Shown here: positions 31,469 to 41,237 of the stretch, one piece after another
Numbering within the stretch: position 1 is the stretch's first letter
Layout of the letters: every line of letters begins with the position of its first letter
Assembly (NCBI GenBank): GCA_963748625.1
Contig: CAVVJT010000005.1
Coordinates: 32,001 to 96,000 of the forward strand
Length of the DNA stretch: 64,000 bases
Reading direction: 5' to 3'
Source of the DNA: an uncultured Chloroflexia bacterium
GTDB lineage: Bacteria; Chloroflexota; Limnocylindria; Limnocylindrales; CSP1-4
Translations under genes and position numbers: made by a program
The notes under the pieces: model-generated
Database searches by the model: none
Seen by the model: the letters and a program-made list of their open reading frames with translations, nothing else
Told to the model about the DNA's origin: nothing

Positions 31469-33018
31469 GGCGTACCCCCTTCACTGTGGCCTGATCCGGG
31501 CTTCGATCCGGTCGGTGCGGTCACCTGGATGCGCGACCCGTCACCGGGCCGCGACGCGATGCGGACGCGGCCCCCGATGAGCGCGGCCCGCTCCCGCATG
31601 GACACCAGGCCGAACGCGCCGTCGCGCACGCCAGCCGGATCGAATCCCCGGCCATTGTCCACCACGCGCAGCGTGAGCCGTCCGGGCCGGATGGCGAGGC
31701 GGACCCCGACCATTGTCGCCTCCGCGTGCCGGGCGACGTTGGTGAGCGCCTCCTGGACGATACGCAACACCTCGGCCTGGGTGCGGGGCGCCACGGGCAG
31801 TCGCTCATCACCGTCCCAGGAGAACTCGACCCGGAGGCCGTAGCGGTCGGCCGACTCGTCCACGGTCCGGCGCACCAGCTCGGGGAACGTCGGCTCTCCG
31901 GTGCCCACGGAGCGCAGGGCGGCGACCGCCTGGCGTGCCTCACCGAGGCCCGCGTCGACGGCGGAGGCCGCCGCGAGCGCCGAGGCACGCGCCGCGGGCG
32001 GCAGGTCCGGGACGGCGAGCACCTCACCGGTCCGCAGCTTGGCCAGCCACAGGTCCTGGGAGAGGCCGTCGTGCAGCTCCCGCGCGAGCCGGGTGCGCTC
32101 CTCCAGGGCGGCCCGCTGCACGTCCGCGTCTCGCAGGTCATTGAGCGAGGCGTTGGCCGTGCGGAGATCGTGGAGGCCGGCCCGCACCGCCGCCTCGAGC
32201 CCGACCAGGAGGGTGACCGAGAACGCAAGCCGGAAGATGTCGCCGATCGACACCTGCCCCGGGTGGGCACTCGGGAACATCGTCCAGATCAGCTCGCCGA
32301 AACCGGCGAAGATGAGGCCGACCGCGATGTAGGCGTCGATCACCGACTGGCCGCTACGCCACAGGCGCCGGCTGGCATAGGCGCCAGCGAAGAACAGGCT
32401 CGCCACGCTGAGGTGCACTGCGGCCCCGAATGCTGTGATGTGCGGCAGGCCCTCGTGCTGGTCGAGGTGCAGGATCTCCAGCGCCGGCGGTGGTGGCCCG
32501 AGGATCGCGCCCGCCAGCGCAGCGCCCACGACGAGCAGCGTGGGAAGCACCAGGATGCGCACGGGCTGGCGGCCGTAGGACGCCCGTGTGACGAACGTCC
32601 CCGCGACGACGAACAGCATGGCAGCCGCCAGCCTCGAGAGCGCGAACACAAGCGACTGGATGCCTTCGGGCTCGCCCAGGTCAGCGATGCTGGAGCTGTG
32701 CACGAGGCTGATGACGAGGGCGATCCCGTAGCCGGTCGCGAGCACCATGAACGCTGACGCGTGGTAGATGGCGGCGGTCGCGACGCTCTCGCGGAACCGC
32801 GCCCAGGCGAGCGCCGTGAGGGCGACACAGGCGAAGAAGGCGATCGTGTCCAGCACGAGGTCCAGCACCGGCACCGCGGCGTGGCCGTGTGTCCCGAGCA
32901 GGAGCATCCCGGAGGTCACGAGGATGCCGCACAGCACGACCGAGCGGAACAGCCAGTCCAGCGACCGGCTCCCGGCCCTTGGCGTGGCGAACGCCCCCTG
33001 TCGACCGTTGTGCATCAC
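31465..33018 (-). CDS. Multi-pass membrane sensor histidine kinase (HisKA_3 type)
   Basis: About 7-8 TM helices; EERTRLARELHD, QEALTNVARHA, DNGRGF, FGLVSMRER. Confidence 0.92.
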   Translation of the reverse strand: MMHNGRQGAFATPRAGSRSLDWLFRSVVLCGILVTSGMLLLGTHGHAAVPVLDLVLDTIAFFACVALTALAWARFRESVATAAIYHASAFMVLATGYGIALVISLVHSSSIADLGEPEGIQSLVFALSRLAAAMLFVVAGTFVTRASYGRQPVRILVLPTLLVVGAALAGAILGPPPPALEILHLDQHEGLPHITAFGAAVHLSVASLFFAGAYASRRLWRSGQSVIDAYIAVGLIFAGFGELIWTMFPSAHPGQVSIGDIFRLAFSVTLLVGLEAAVRAGLHDLRTANASLNDLRDADVQRAALEERTRLARELHDGLSQDLWLAKLRTGEVLAVPDLPPAARASALAAASAVDAGLGEARQAVAALRSVGTGEPTFPELVRRTVDESADRYGLRVEFSWDGDERLPVAPRTQAEVLRIVQEALTNVARHAEATMVGVRLAIRPGRLTLRVVDNGRGFDPAGVRDGAFGLVSMRERAALIGGRVRIASRPGDGSRIQVTAPTGSKPGSGHSEGGTP

Positions 33019-33165
33019 GTCCCCCAGCGGCCCGAATCCCCGTCCGCGGCACCCCGCGGCGGCCGTTCACGCACCGTGCCCCATCCGGCTCCTTGATGAT
33101 CAACCGCGAGTACGGGTTCCTGTCAAGTGGTGGGCGCGCCACCGACTGGAATCACCACCGAAGGG

Positions 33166-35811
33166 TCAGTGGATGGGCGCCGCCTCCTCGCGGCCTTCGA
33201 ACGTGATGCAGCTCTCAACCGGGCACACATACATGCACAGCCGGCAGCCGACGCAGTTGTCGTCCACGACCTCGAGGTGCCGGGTGCCATTGCTGCCGTT
33301 GACCTCGATCGCCTGGTGGGCACCGTCGTTGCAGGCCGCATAGCACAGGTTGCAGTGGATGCACGTCTCCTGGTCGATCCTGGCGATGAGGCGCCACTCC
33401 TGGTCGAGCTTGCCCCAGTCCGTGATCGTCGGCAGTGCCTTGCCCACGAGCTCGCTCGGGCTGTGGAGGCCCTTGTCGCGCAGGTAGGTCGTGAGGCCGT
33501 CCACCAGGTCGTCGGCGAGACGGAAGCCGTAGTGCATGACGCTCGTGCCCACCTGGACGGTGGTGGCGCCACAGAGCAGGAAGTCAACGGCGTCACGCCA
33601 GGTCTCGATGCCGCCGACGCCGGAGATCGGCAGGCCCACCTGCGGGTCCTTGGCCACCGAGCTGACCATGTTGAGCGCGATCGGCTTGACGGCGGGGCCG
33701 GCGTACCCGCCATGGCTGCCCTTGCCGCGGACGTCCGGATCGGGCGCCCATGACTCGAGGTTGACCCCGATCAGCGAGCTGATCGTGTTGATCATCGAGA
33801 CCGCGTCGGCGTTGGCGGCCCTCGCAGCCCGCGCCGGGAACCGGATGTCGGTGATGTTCGGCGTCAGCTTGACGATGACGGGCATCGCCGCCTTCTCCAT
33901 CACCCACTCGGTGATCATCTGGACGTAGTCGGGCACCTGGCCCACCGCCGCGCCCATTCCCCGCTCGCTCATGCCGTGCGGGCAGCCGAAGTTGAGCTCG
34001 TAGCCGTCGGCGCCGGTGTCGTTGCACATGTCCAGGATCTCGTGCCACGCCTCGCGCTTCGCCTCGACCATGAGGCTGATGATGACGGCGTTGTCGGGGT
34101 ACTTGCGCTTCGTCTCCGCGATCTCGGCGATGTTGACCTCCGTGGGCCGGTCGCTGATGAGCTCGATGTTGTTGATGCCGGTGATGCGCCGGCCCTGGTA
34201 GTCGAACGAGCCCAGGCGGGCGGTCACGTTGCGGATCGGCTCGCCGATCGTCTTCCAGACCGCACCACCCCAGCCCGCGTCGAACGCGCGCTGGACCATC
34301 TCGCCGTTGTTGCTGATCGGGCAGCTGGCGAGCCAGAACGGGTTGGGGCTCTTGATCCCGGCCATATCCACCGAGAGGTCGATGCCGGGCAGCGTGGCAT
34401 CCACGGCCCGGCGGACGGGCTCGATGCGGGCGCCCAGCCCGAGCTCGCGGATGATGGAGTGGGCGGCAAGCTTGCCCGCCTGCACCGCGTTGACCACCTC
34501 GGCGCCGCCGCTGGTGATGTCGCCGATCGCCCAGACCTTCGGGTTGGCCGTGTGGCCAGTGGCGCTGTCGGCGCGCACGCTGTCGGCGCGAGAGGTGTCG
34601 CGGGTCTTGCGCACGCCGAGGGCCGTGAGCAGCTCGCGGGCACCGTCGGGCTCGCCCTGTCCGACAGCGCGGATGATGGTGTCGAGCGCCACGCCGAACT
34701 CCGTGTACGCGATGGGCATGGGCGAGCGGCGGCCGGAGGCATCGGGGTCACCGAGGGCCATGCGTGCGAAGGTGGCGCCCTCGACCCGGCCGTCGCCGGT
34801 GATCGCGGTGGGGGCAGTGAGCCAGCGGAGCGTGACGCCCAGCCTGCGCGCGAGATCGATGGCGTGCGGGTAGGCCGGGGTCTCGGCCTCGGTGCGGCGG
34901 TAGAAGAGGGTGACCTCCTCGGCGCCGAGCTTCACCGCGGCCGCAGCCGCGTCGAAGGCCGTGGAGCCGCCGCCGATCACGCCGACCCGCCGGCCGATGA
35001 CCGACGTGGCGAGGGCCGTCGCGTTGGTGCCCGCGGCCGTCGCGTTGGCGCCCGCGGCCCCGGCCGGGTCGATGGCGCGCCGGATCACGTCGAGTGCGTC
35101 CACGACTCCCGGGAGGTCCTCGCCAGGCACACCCAGCGCGCGGGCCTTGCCCAGGCCGATGGCGATGACGACCGCGTCGTTGTCGGCCAAGAGCCTGGCC
35201 GGATCGATGTCGCGCCCGACGCGGCAGCTGGTGATGATGGTGGCGCCCGCGCGCTCCACCTCCGCGGCCTCCGTCGCGATCGCCGTGGCAGCCATGCGCC
35301 AGGGCACGATCCCGTGGTCGGCGAGGCCGCCGGCCCGGGGGGTGTCGTCGTAGAGGGTCACGGCAACGCCGGCCTTGCGCAGCTCCGCCGAGACGGCGAG
35401 GCCGGCGGGTCCGGCGCCGATGACGGCAACCTTCTTCCCGGTCTCCTCGCCCGGCGTGAAGAAGGCGCGGCCAGACTGCGCATAGGCGTCGACGGCGCCC
35501 TGCTGGAGACGGCCGATCGCGATCGGGGTGTCAAGGGCCGTGCGCACGCAGGCGCCCTCGCACAGGTGCTCGACCGGGCATACCGCACCGCACGTGGAGC
35601 CGAGCGGGTTGGCGGCGAGGATGGTGCGCGCCGCGCCGTCCACGTTGCCGGTGGCGATCTTGCGGATAAAGCCCGGGACGTCGATCCCGGTGGGGCAGGC
35701 ATGGGTGCAGGCTGCGTCGACGCAGTAGAGGCACCGTTCGGCCTCCGTCCTCGCGAAGTGACCGGTCAGGGGGAGCACGCGGAGAAACGGGTCAGCCAGG
35801 GCGACGGTCAT
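33166..35811 (-). CDS. preA: Dihydropyrimidine dehydrogenase, PreT-PreA single-chain fusion
   Basis: N-half EAERCLYC..AC..ACP, GAGPAG, GGGSTAFD; C-half NPFWLAS, NNIELIS, ELNFGCPHGM.ERGMG, KLTPN, two CxxCxxC ferredoxin motifs. Confidence 0.92.
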   Translation of the reverse strand: MTVALADPFLRVLPLTGHFARTEAERCLYCVDAACTHACPTGIDVPGFIRKIATGNVDGAARTILAANPLGSTCGAVCPVEHLCEGACVRTALDTPIAIGRLQQGAVDAYAQSGRAFFTPGEETGKKVAVIGAGPAGLAVSAELRKAGVAVTLYDDTPRAGGLADHGIVPWRMAATAIATEAAEVERAGATIITSCRVGRDIDPARLLADNDAVVIAIGLGKARALGVPGEDLPGVVDALDVIRRAIDPAGAAGANATAAGTNATALATSVIGRRVGVIGGGSTAFDAAAAAVKLGAEEVTLFYRRTEAETPAYPHAIDLARRLGVTLRWLTAPTAITGDGRVEGATFARMALGDPDASGRRSPMPIAYTEFGVALDTIIRAVGQGEPDGARELLTALGVRKTRDTSRADSVRADSATGHTANPKVWAIGDITSGGAEVVNAVQAGKLAAHSIIRELGLGARIEPVRRAVDATLPGIDLSVDMAGIKSPNPFWLASCPISNNGEMVQRAFDAGWGGAVWKTIGEPIRNVTARLGSFDYQGRRITGINNIELISDRPTEVNIAEIAETKRKYPDNAVIISLMVEAKREAWHEILDMCNDTGADGYELNFGCPHGMSERGMGAAVGQVPDYVQMITEWVMEKAAMPVIVKLTPNITDIRFPARAARAANADAVSMINTISSLIGVNLESWAPDPDVRGKGSHGGYAGPAVKPIALNMVSSVAKDPQVGLPISGVGGIETWRDAVDFLLCGATTVQVGTSVMHYGFRLADDLVDGLTTYLRDKGLHSPSELVGKALPTITDWGKLDQEWRLIARIDQETCIHCNLCYAACNDGAHQAIEVNGSNGTRHLEVVDDNCVGCRLCMYVCPVESCITFEGREEAAPIH

Positions 35812-36020
35812 CGATTCCACCCTCGGGTTGCGCCGGTCGGCGGCGCGGATCGGCGACCACGCTCAGGGTCACCTCAAGGGGCCAGTGTGCGCGGGGGTCG
35901 GGCGGTTCTCCGACGGCCGAAGGACCCCCACTGGACGTGACCGATTGCAGGGGTTCGGGGCGCGGCGGCGTGGGCCGGGCGCGGCGGCGTGGGCCGGGCG
36001 CGCAATGCGACCACACCGGG

Positions 36021-36544
36021 TCAGCTCCTCCCACCCGGCCGACCGGTGCTCCGCTCACCCACGTGTCCGGAGGCCGTCAATGCCGTCAAGGAGCCGGGCG
36101 AGCCCGAACTCGAACCGATCCGCCACAGTCCCAGCGACCAGCGCCGGGGCTGCTCATGCCATGTTTCCAGGGCCATCGGTGGCCAGCCGCTCCGCCACGC
36201 TCCCGGCGGTTGCCGCGGCCTCGGAGCGCGACTCCCCCGTCGAACCGCCGAGCCCCGCGGCCTCCCACAACGCGGCGCCTGCCACGAGATTGCCCAGTGC
36301 GTGGTTGGCGCGGACGGCCTGCTCGGGCTCCAGCCCCGCCGCCATTCGTCGAGAACCGCCGGAATCTCCGGGGTGTCGAACAATCCAGGCTGAGCGAGGC
36401 GAGGACGGCGTCGAACACACCGTCGTCACCAGGGTGACTGGCTGCGTCGGCAACGCGGAGGTCTACGCGATCCGTGAGGCAGGGGCTGGCCAGCCGGCGT
36501 CGCGCATGCTCGATCATCGCCGGGGACAGGTCAATGTCCGACAC
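36021..36544 (-). pseudogene. Truncated, frameshifted class I SAM-dependent methyltransferase
   Basis: IDLSPAMIEHARRR...VADA..FDAV continues in another frame as FDTPEIPAVLDEWRR; motif I absent. Confidence 0.6.
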
Positions 36545-36572
36545 GCTCCCGGCTGGGGCGCAAGCAGCCGTC

Positions 36573-36860
36573 TCAGCGGCGCGTCGCCCAGTAGTCGTCG
36601 GCCTCGACCTCGAGCTTCGCGAGGCGCGTGTAGTAGTCCGGGAACTCCTGGAGGTGGGCGAGCGCGATCCGGCCCGTCACGAGCGGGTCGTCGCCAGTGA
36701 CGTTCGTCCCCGGATCGCGCAGACCGTGCTCGAGCTCGACGTCAAGGCCCATCCGGTACTGCTCGAGGTCGAAGCCGAGCGCTCCGAAGTCAACCTCCAG
36801 CTGCGTCGCGATCGCCAGCGCCTCGTCGCTCGTGAAGTGCCGCTTCGCCTCGGCCATCAT
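36573..36860 (-). CDS. DUF5661-like small protein
   Basis: MGLDVELEHG..TNVT..IALAHL.E.PDYYTRL; GGAGG RBS. Confidence 0.8.
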   Translation of the reverse strand: MMAEAKRHFTSDEALAIATQLEVDFGALGFDLEQYRMGLDVELEHGLRDPGTNVTGDDPLVTGRIALAHLQEFPDYYTRLAKLEVEADDYWATRR

Positions 36861-37084
36861 CGTGCCTCCACCTCCATGCGCTGTCATGCCCGACCCGGCG
36901 CCAGCCGGCTTGGTTCCGGGCACGCGGGGCTCGCTGCTCGGACGACGCTATTCAGCGCCCGTTGGACTGCTGGGCACCACCGGCAATCGGGGACTCGCCG
37001 AGGGTCGAATGGCCCGCCGCCAGTGCCGGGCATCGGCGCTGGGAGGCAACGGGCAGGTCGGAGGGTCCGGCCCGCCGGAGTATC

Positions 37085-37765
37085 TCAGCGGCCGGCGGGC
37101 CGGCCCCCTGGCGACGCGGACCTGAGCGCGTCGATGGCCGCGATCCCGGCGATCCCCATCCCGACCAGGAAGACCGGCCACGGGTACGGCCCGGGCGGAC
37201 CGCCGGCCAGCACGTCGCCGGCTCCGAGCACGTACGAGAGGACCACGATGAGCCCGCCGGCGACGCAGGCCACGAGGTGCCAGCGGCGGACCGTGATCCG
37301 CCTCCCGGCATCGAGCGCGCGGGCGGTGGCCAGGCCGAAGCCGACCAGTGCCAGGCTGACGACCACCGGCGACCACACGGGCCCGACCCACGGGACGGGG
37401 ATCAGGAACAGCAGGTCCGTCGCCGCCGGGGAGGCCGGCCAGCCCGCGAACAGCCACAGGAACACGTAGTACCCGATGTCCCAGGTGCCGAACACGACGG
37501 CCGCCCAGGCGAGGCGCTCGAGCCACGTCCGGCCGGCAAGGATGCCGACCGTCGCGATCATGACGAGGGTTGCAGCCTCGCGCCCGACCTCGACCCAGCC
37601 GAGGTTCCCGAATGCGGTGGCAGGCTGCAGCGGGAAGAGCACGCCGACCTGGCCCCCGAGCGCAGCGGTGAGATAGACGACCACGGCGGCCTCGAGGTAG
37701 GCCATGGCGACGGCATAGGCGATGACCGTGATGGATCGCGCACGGAAGGAAAGCACGGGCTGCAT
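37085..37765 (-). CDS. Uncharacterised integral membrane protein
   Basis: AMAYLEAAVVVYL, E.GREAATL.M, WDI.YY, DLLFLIPVPWVGPV. Confidence 0.8.
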   Translation of the reverse strand: MQPVLSFRARSITVIAYAVAMAYLEAAVVVYLTAALGGQVGVLFPLQPATAFGNLGWVEVGREAATLVMIATVGILAGRTWLERLAWAAVVFGTWDIGYYVFLWLFAGWPASPAATDLLFLIPVPWVGPVWSPVVVSLALVGFGLATARALDAGRRITVRRWHLVACVAGGLIVVLSYVLGAGDVLAGGPPGPYPWPVFLVGMGIAGIAAIDALRSASPGGRPAGR

Positions 37766-37820
37766 GACGTGCATGGTCGCAGGGGCGTGACGGCCGGGCT
37801 GGCGCGGCACGCACGACCGA

Positions 37821-37849
37821 TTGAGCGAGGCCGCGAAGGGCGCTAGAAT
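37821..37849 (+). promoter_or_regulatory. Housekeeping sigma promoter of tRNA-Gly
   Basis: TTGAGC-17 bp-TAGAAT. Confidence 0.75.
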
Positions 37850-37862
37850 GGCGGCCTCCCGA

Positions 37863-37938
37863 GCGGGAGTAACTCAGTTGGCAGAGTGTCAGCTTCCCAA
37901 GCTGAATGTCGCGGGTTCGAACCCCGTCTCCCGCTCCA
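37863..37938 (+). tRNA. tRNA-Gly(CCC)
   Basis: GCGGGAG/CTCCCGC acceptor stem, anticodon loop TTCCCAA, GGTTCGAA T-loop, encoded CCA. Confidence 0.97.
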
Positions 37939-37961
37939 CATTCCCCCTCGAGGCGGAATGT
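37938..37961 (+). terminator. Hairpin immediately after the tRNA
   Basis: ACATTCC...GGAATGT stem; no clear U tract. Confidence 0.45.
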
Positions 37962-38023
37962 CGCTGATCCCCCACGGTGCACTGGCGTACCGTTCCGCCC
38001 GCGTCGCGTGCAGCGCTTCCCCG

Positions 38024-39076
38024 TCACCCCACGCGCCGGTCGAGGCACGGGGGCAGCTCCCCGTCGTACGCGCCCGGCTGCGTCTGGTAGAAGTCGGCAC
38101 CAACGATCACCACGCTGGTGACGTATGAGCCTTCGACCGGGTACTCGGCGTAGAGGATGTCCCCGGACGATGCCAGCAGGACGTCGAATCGCGAGACGTC
38201 GAAGGTGGCCGCCGACGCGGACCCGCAGGCGGGGACCGGCAGCTGGGCCCCGTTCCTGTCGCGCAGCAGGATGTCCGACGTGATCCGGTTGTGGACGGTC
38301 AGCACGTCGCCCGGAGCCAGCGTCGGGGGCAGAGTGATCGGAGGGTCGATGGGGCCGACGGCGCCCCATGCAGTGAACGTGTACCTGATGTCGACCTCGA
38401 TCCCGCCAGCCGTGGTCGTGGTGCCCCGCAGCAGGAGCGTCGCAGACGCTGGCCGACCGTCCGCATCGACGCGGACCTCGAAGCTCGCGTCGCTCGGGCT
38501 GATGGCACCCACGCCCTGGGGGAGCGTGACGCCCATGGCCCGCGTGAACGCCTCGACCGGGTCGCGGACCACAAGCCGGTGGCCAGCCTGCCCGCCCACC
38601 TCGAGCTGCCCCGCGTACTCGAGATCGGCAACGCTGAGGCCCCGCAACGGGTCCTGGGGCGGCGACGGCGTCTGCGCCCCGGTCCAGTCGCCATCGCCGC
38701 TGCGCGTGTAGCCGACCCCGTCCACCACGGCCGTGGTGACCGACATGGTGCCGAAGGCGGGCGCCTCGACGGTGCTGGTCCCCCGGTAGTCGTCCCCGTG
38801 GAGGTCGTACGCCGAGGTCAGCGCCATGTCAGCCCCCGCGGACCGGACGATGCCGTCGGCCTCGAAGTGGGCGGAGCGGTCGGGCGCCTGGGTCAGGCTG
38901 ATGAAGGATGCGACGATGGCGTCGCCGCTCGCGGTGGGCGCCAGGCTCGGGGTCGGCGTCGGGGTCAGCGTCGGCGCAGAGGCTCCGGTACAGCCCGCGA
39001 GCAGGGCGGCCGCCGCGACGAGGGCGAGGAGCGGGCGGACCTCGAGCCGTCGGCAACGGACATCGGTGGCCTGCAC
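38024..39076 (-). CDS. Lipoprotein, LppX/LprG/LolA-like fold candidate
   Basis: Lipobox LLAGC; VVDGVGYTR..DW and FTAWG...I.PP patterns; start uncertain. Confidence 0.7.
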   Translation of the reverse strand: MQATDVRCRRLEVRPLLALVAAAALLAGCTGASAPTLTPTPTPSLAPTASGDAIVASFISLTQAPDRSAHFEADGIVRSAGADMALTSAYDLHGDDYRGTSTVEAPAFGTMSVTTAVVDGVGYTRSGDGDWTGAQTPSPPQDPLRGLSVADLEYAGQLEVGGQAGHRLVVRDPVEAFTRAMGVTLPQGVGAISPSDASFEVRVDADGRPASATLLLRGTTTTAGGIEVDIRYTFTAWGAVGPIDPPITLPPTLAPGDVLTVHNRITSDILLRDRNGAQLPVPACGSASAATFDVSRFDVLLASSGDILYAEYPVEGSYVTSVVIVGADFYQTQPGAYDGELPPCLDRRVG

Positions 39077-39174
39077 GTTCCTGCGGGCCTGAAACGCGGA
39101 TCGCACGGTGCCCATCGTGACCACTCCATCCCCGGCGGGACGCCGTGGTGATGACGCGTTACGCAGGACACCAG

Positions 39175-40203
39175 TTACGGCGCTTGCCGCACCGCCCGGG
39201 CGGGGACGGTCGCCACCGCCATCCCGAGGAGCACGACAGCGCCGCCCGCGACCTGGACCGGTGACGGCCGCTCGGCGAGCAGGATGGCGGCGAGGATGGT
39301 GGCGGTGATCGGGTTGAGGAGCAGGAACGCCGCGGAGCGGGCCGCCTCGATGCGGCGGACGCTGGCCACGGTCAGGACCGGGCCGAGCGCGGCCACCGCG
39401 GCGAGCCAGCCCAGGGCGACGATCGCCTCCACGGGCGGGTCGGCCGGCGCCAGGAGAGAAGGCTCTGTGACGAGGACGAACCCGCCGAGCACGACCGCGC
39501 CCAGGGCGCAGTTGGCGAACGCGACCGTCAGACCGTCGAGGCGGTACGGCGCGGACCACCGGCGTGCCAGCACGAGGTAGAGCGCGAACGACAGGGCGGC
39601 GAGGATCCCCCAGGCGATGCCGGCGACGTCGGTGGCGTCCGGGTCCAGCTCGGCGAGCAGGGCCGTGCCGAGCAGCGCCAGGAGGAGCCCGCCCAACGCC
39701 CGGCCCGTCAGCCGCTCCGGGAGAAGGGCGGGTGCGATGACGGCCGACAGCACCGCATAGAGCCCCGCCACGAAGGCGGCGATCGCCGCGCCGACGTGGG
39801 CGACCGCGAGGTTCATTGACGCGAGGAACAGCGGGCCGGCGAGCGTCGCGAGCACGAGCAGCCGGACGGCGCGATGGGCAGCGGCGGGTCCGGGATTCGA
39901 GGCGTCGGGGGTGAGCGCTGGGGAAGCAGGCGGGGGCGCCGTGGCGCCAGGCGCATCCGGCAGGGCCCCGGCCCGGTTGCCGCGCCCCCGCACGAGCACG
40001 ATCGACCCGACCGCGATCGCCGCGAGCAGGCTCCGCCATGCCGCGGCCGGCACCGGCTGGAAGGCCGTCAGGGCGAACGAGGTCGCGACGTACGCGGACC
40101 CGAACCCCATGGCGGCCAGCGCAGCGAACAACTCTCCGCGGTGCCGCTGGGGACCTGCATCCCCCACTCCCACCTCCTCGCCGACCCGGGTGCGAACCCA
40201 CAC
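39175..40203 (-). CDS. DMT/EamA-family transporter
   Basis: About 10 TM helices in two EamA-like halves; LLNPITA..LA..LL.E. Confidence 0.88.
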   Translation of the reverse strand: MWVRTRVGEEVGVGDAGPQRHRGELFAALAAMGFGSAYVATSFALTAFQPVPAAAWRSLLAAIAVGSIVLVRGRGNRAGALPDAPGATAPPPASPALTPDASNPGPAAAHRAVRLLVLATLAGPLFLASMNLAVAHVGAAIAAFVAGLYAVLSAVIAPALLPERLTGRALGGLLLALLGTALLAELDPDATDVAGIAWGILAALSFALYLVLARRWSAPYRLDGLTVAFANCALGAVVLGGFVLVTEPSLLAPADPPVEAIVALGWLAAVAALGPVLTVASVRRIEAARSAAFLLLNPITATILAAILLAERPSPVQVAGGAVVLLGMAVATVPARAVRQAP

Positions 40204-40227
40204 GGGCCGGAAGGCGGCCCCGCTTGG

Positions 40228-40398
40228 CTAGCGGTTCTTGCGGTTCCGGCGGCGCAGGAACCAGGCGCCGAAGAAGCCGACCAGGGCGCCGCCGATCACC
40301 GCGATGGTGCTCTCGAGCAGGAACCCTCCGATGGGCAGGACGTCCATCACAAGCATCAGGACCCACACGGACACGGCGGTCAGCAGGACAAGCGTCAT
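40228..40398 (-). CDS. 56-aa two-TM membrane protein (absent from the ORF track)
   Basis: MTLVLLTAVSVWVLMLVMDVLPIGGFLLESTIAVIGGALVGFFGAWFLRRRNRKNR; GAGGAGG RBS. Confidence 0.7.
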   Translation of the reverse strand: MTLVLLTAVSVWVLMLVMDVLPIGGFLLESTIAVIGGALVGFFGAWFLRRRNRKNR

Positions 40399-40631
40399 GG
40401 TCGGATCTCCCTCCTCGACTTGGGCTGACTCACCCGGGTGCCCGACGACGCCGGGGCATCAGATGGGCCGCCCGGACGTCCCGGCTCCCCCGGGGGAGCG
40501 GACGCGCACAGCCTACGCTGCCGCGACGCGGTCCGCGGGCCGGTCACGCCCGCCGGGCCGGGGATTCGCCGGATCCCTGGGGACAATGGTGCTCCGGGTG
40601 ACAGGCTCCTGGACGCAGCGCGCCATCGTCG

Positions 40632-41090
40632 TCAGGTTCCCCTGGGCGTCCGCCCGGCCCGGGGATGCGTCCCGATGTTGAGTCCCGTGTTCACCGCGAA
40701 CAGCACCATGAACACCGCCCACGCCGGCCGTGCGATGTTCCAGAGCGGCCACCACATCCACATCTGTGCGAGGAAGTAGAGCACCAGGTAGGGGGCCAGC
40801 ACCCGCCAGATGATCGGCGGGCCCCGCCACGGCCGCGGCCGCCACAGGTCGACGGCCGCCCCGAAGATGGCCCACGCGGCCGTCAGCAGCGGCCCGATGG
40901 CGAGGCGCCAATCCGCACCGCTGGTGGCCAGCCACACGCCGACGACGACCCCGAGAGTACCGAGCGTGTAGACAGCCACGCCGACCGGGCCCGCGCGATG
41001 CGGCAGCCAGCGGTGCACAGCGAAGAACACGATGAGGGCGGCCTGCATCACGAGGCCGAAGCCCGCGAACACGAGTACCTGGCTGGTCAT
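40632..41090 (-). CDS. Hypothetical membrane protein
   Basis: About 5 hydrophobic helices; GGGAGA RBS. Confidence 0.7.
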   Translation of the reverse strand: MTSQVLVFAGFGLVMQAALIVFFAVHRWLPHRAGPVGVAVYTLGTLGVVVGVWLATSGADWRLAIGPLLTAAWAIFGAAVDLWRPRPWRGPPIIWRVLAPYLVLYFLAQMWMWWPLWNIARPAWAVFMVLFAVNTGLNIGTHPRAGRTPRGT

Positions 41091-41237
41091 GGTGTCTCCC
41101 GACATGCCGCTGGCGACCCGTGGCTGATCACCGCGGACGAGCGTGGCGAGTCGGGTCGTCGAGCGAAAGGGCCGGCGGTCGTGGTTCGGGCGGTCGGCGG
41201 TGTGCGGTGGCCGCCGCCTCCTCGTGTGCGCCACACG

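Noticed and set aside
37863-37938. tRNA-anchored prophage or integrative element
   Set aside because: No integrase, no duplicated tRNA 3' end and no phage genes seen in the window.
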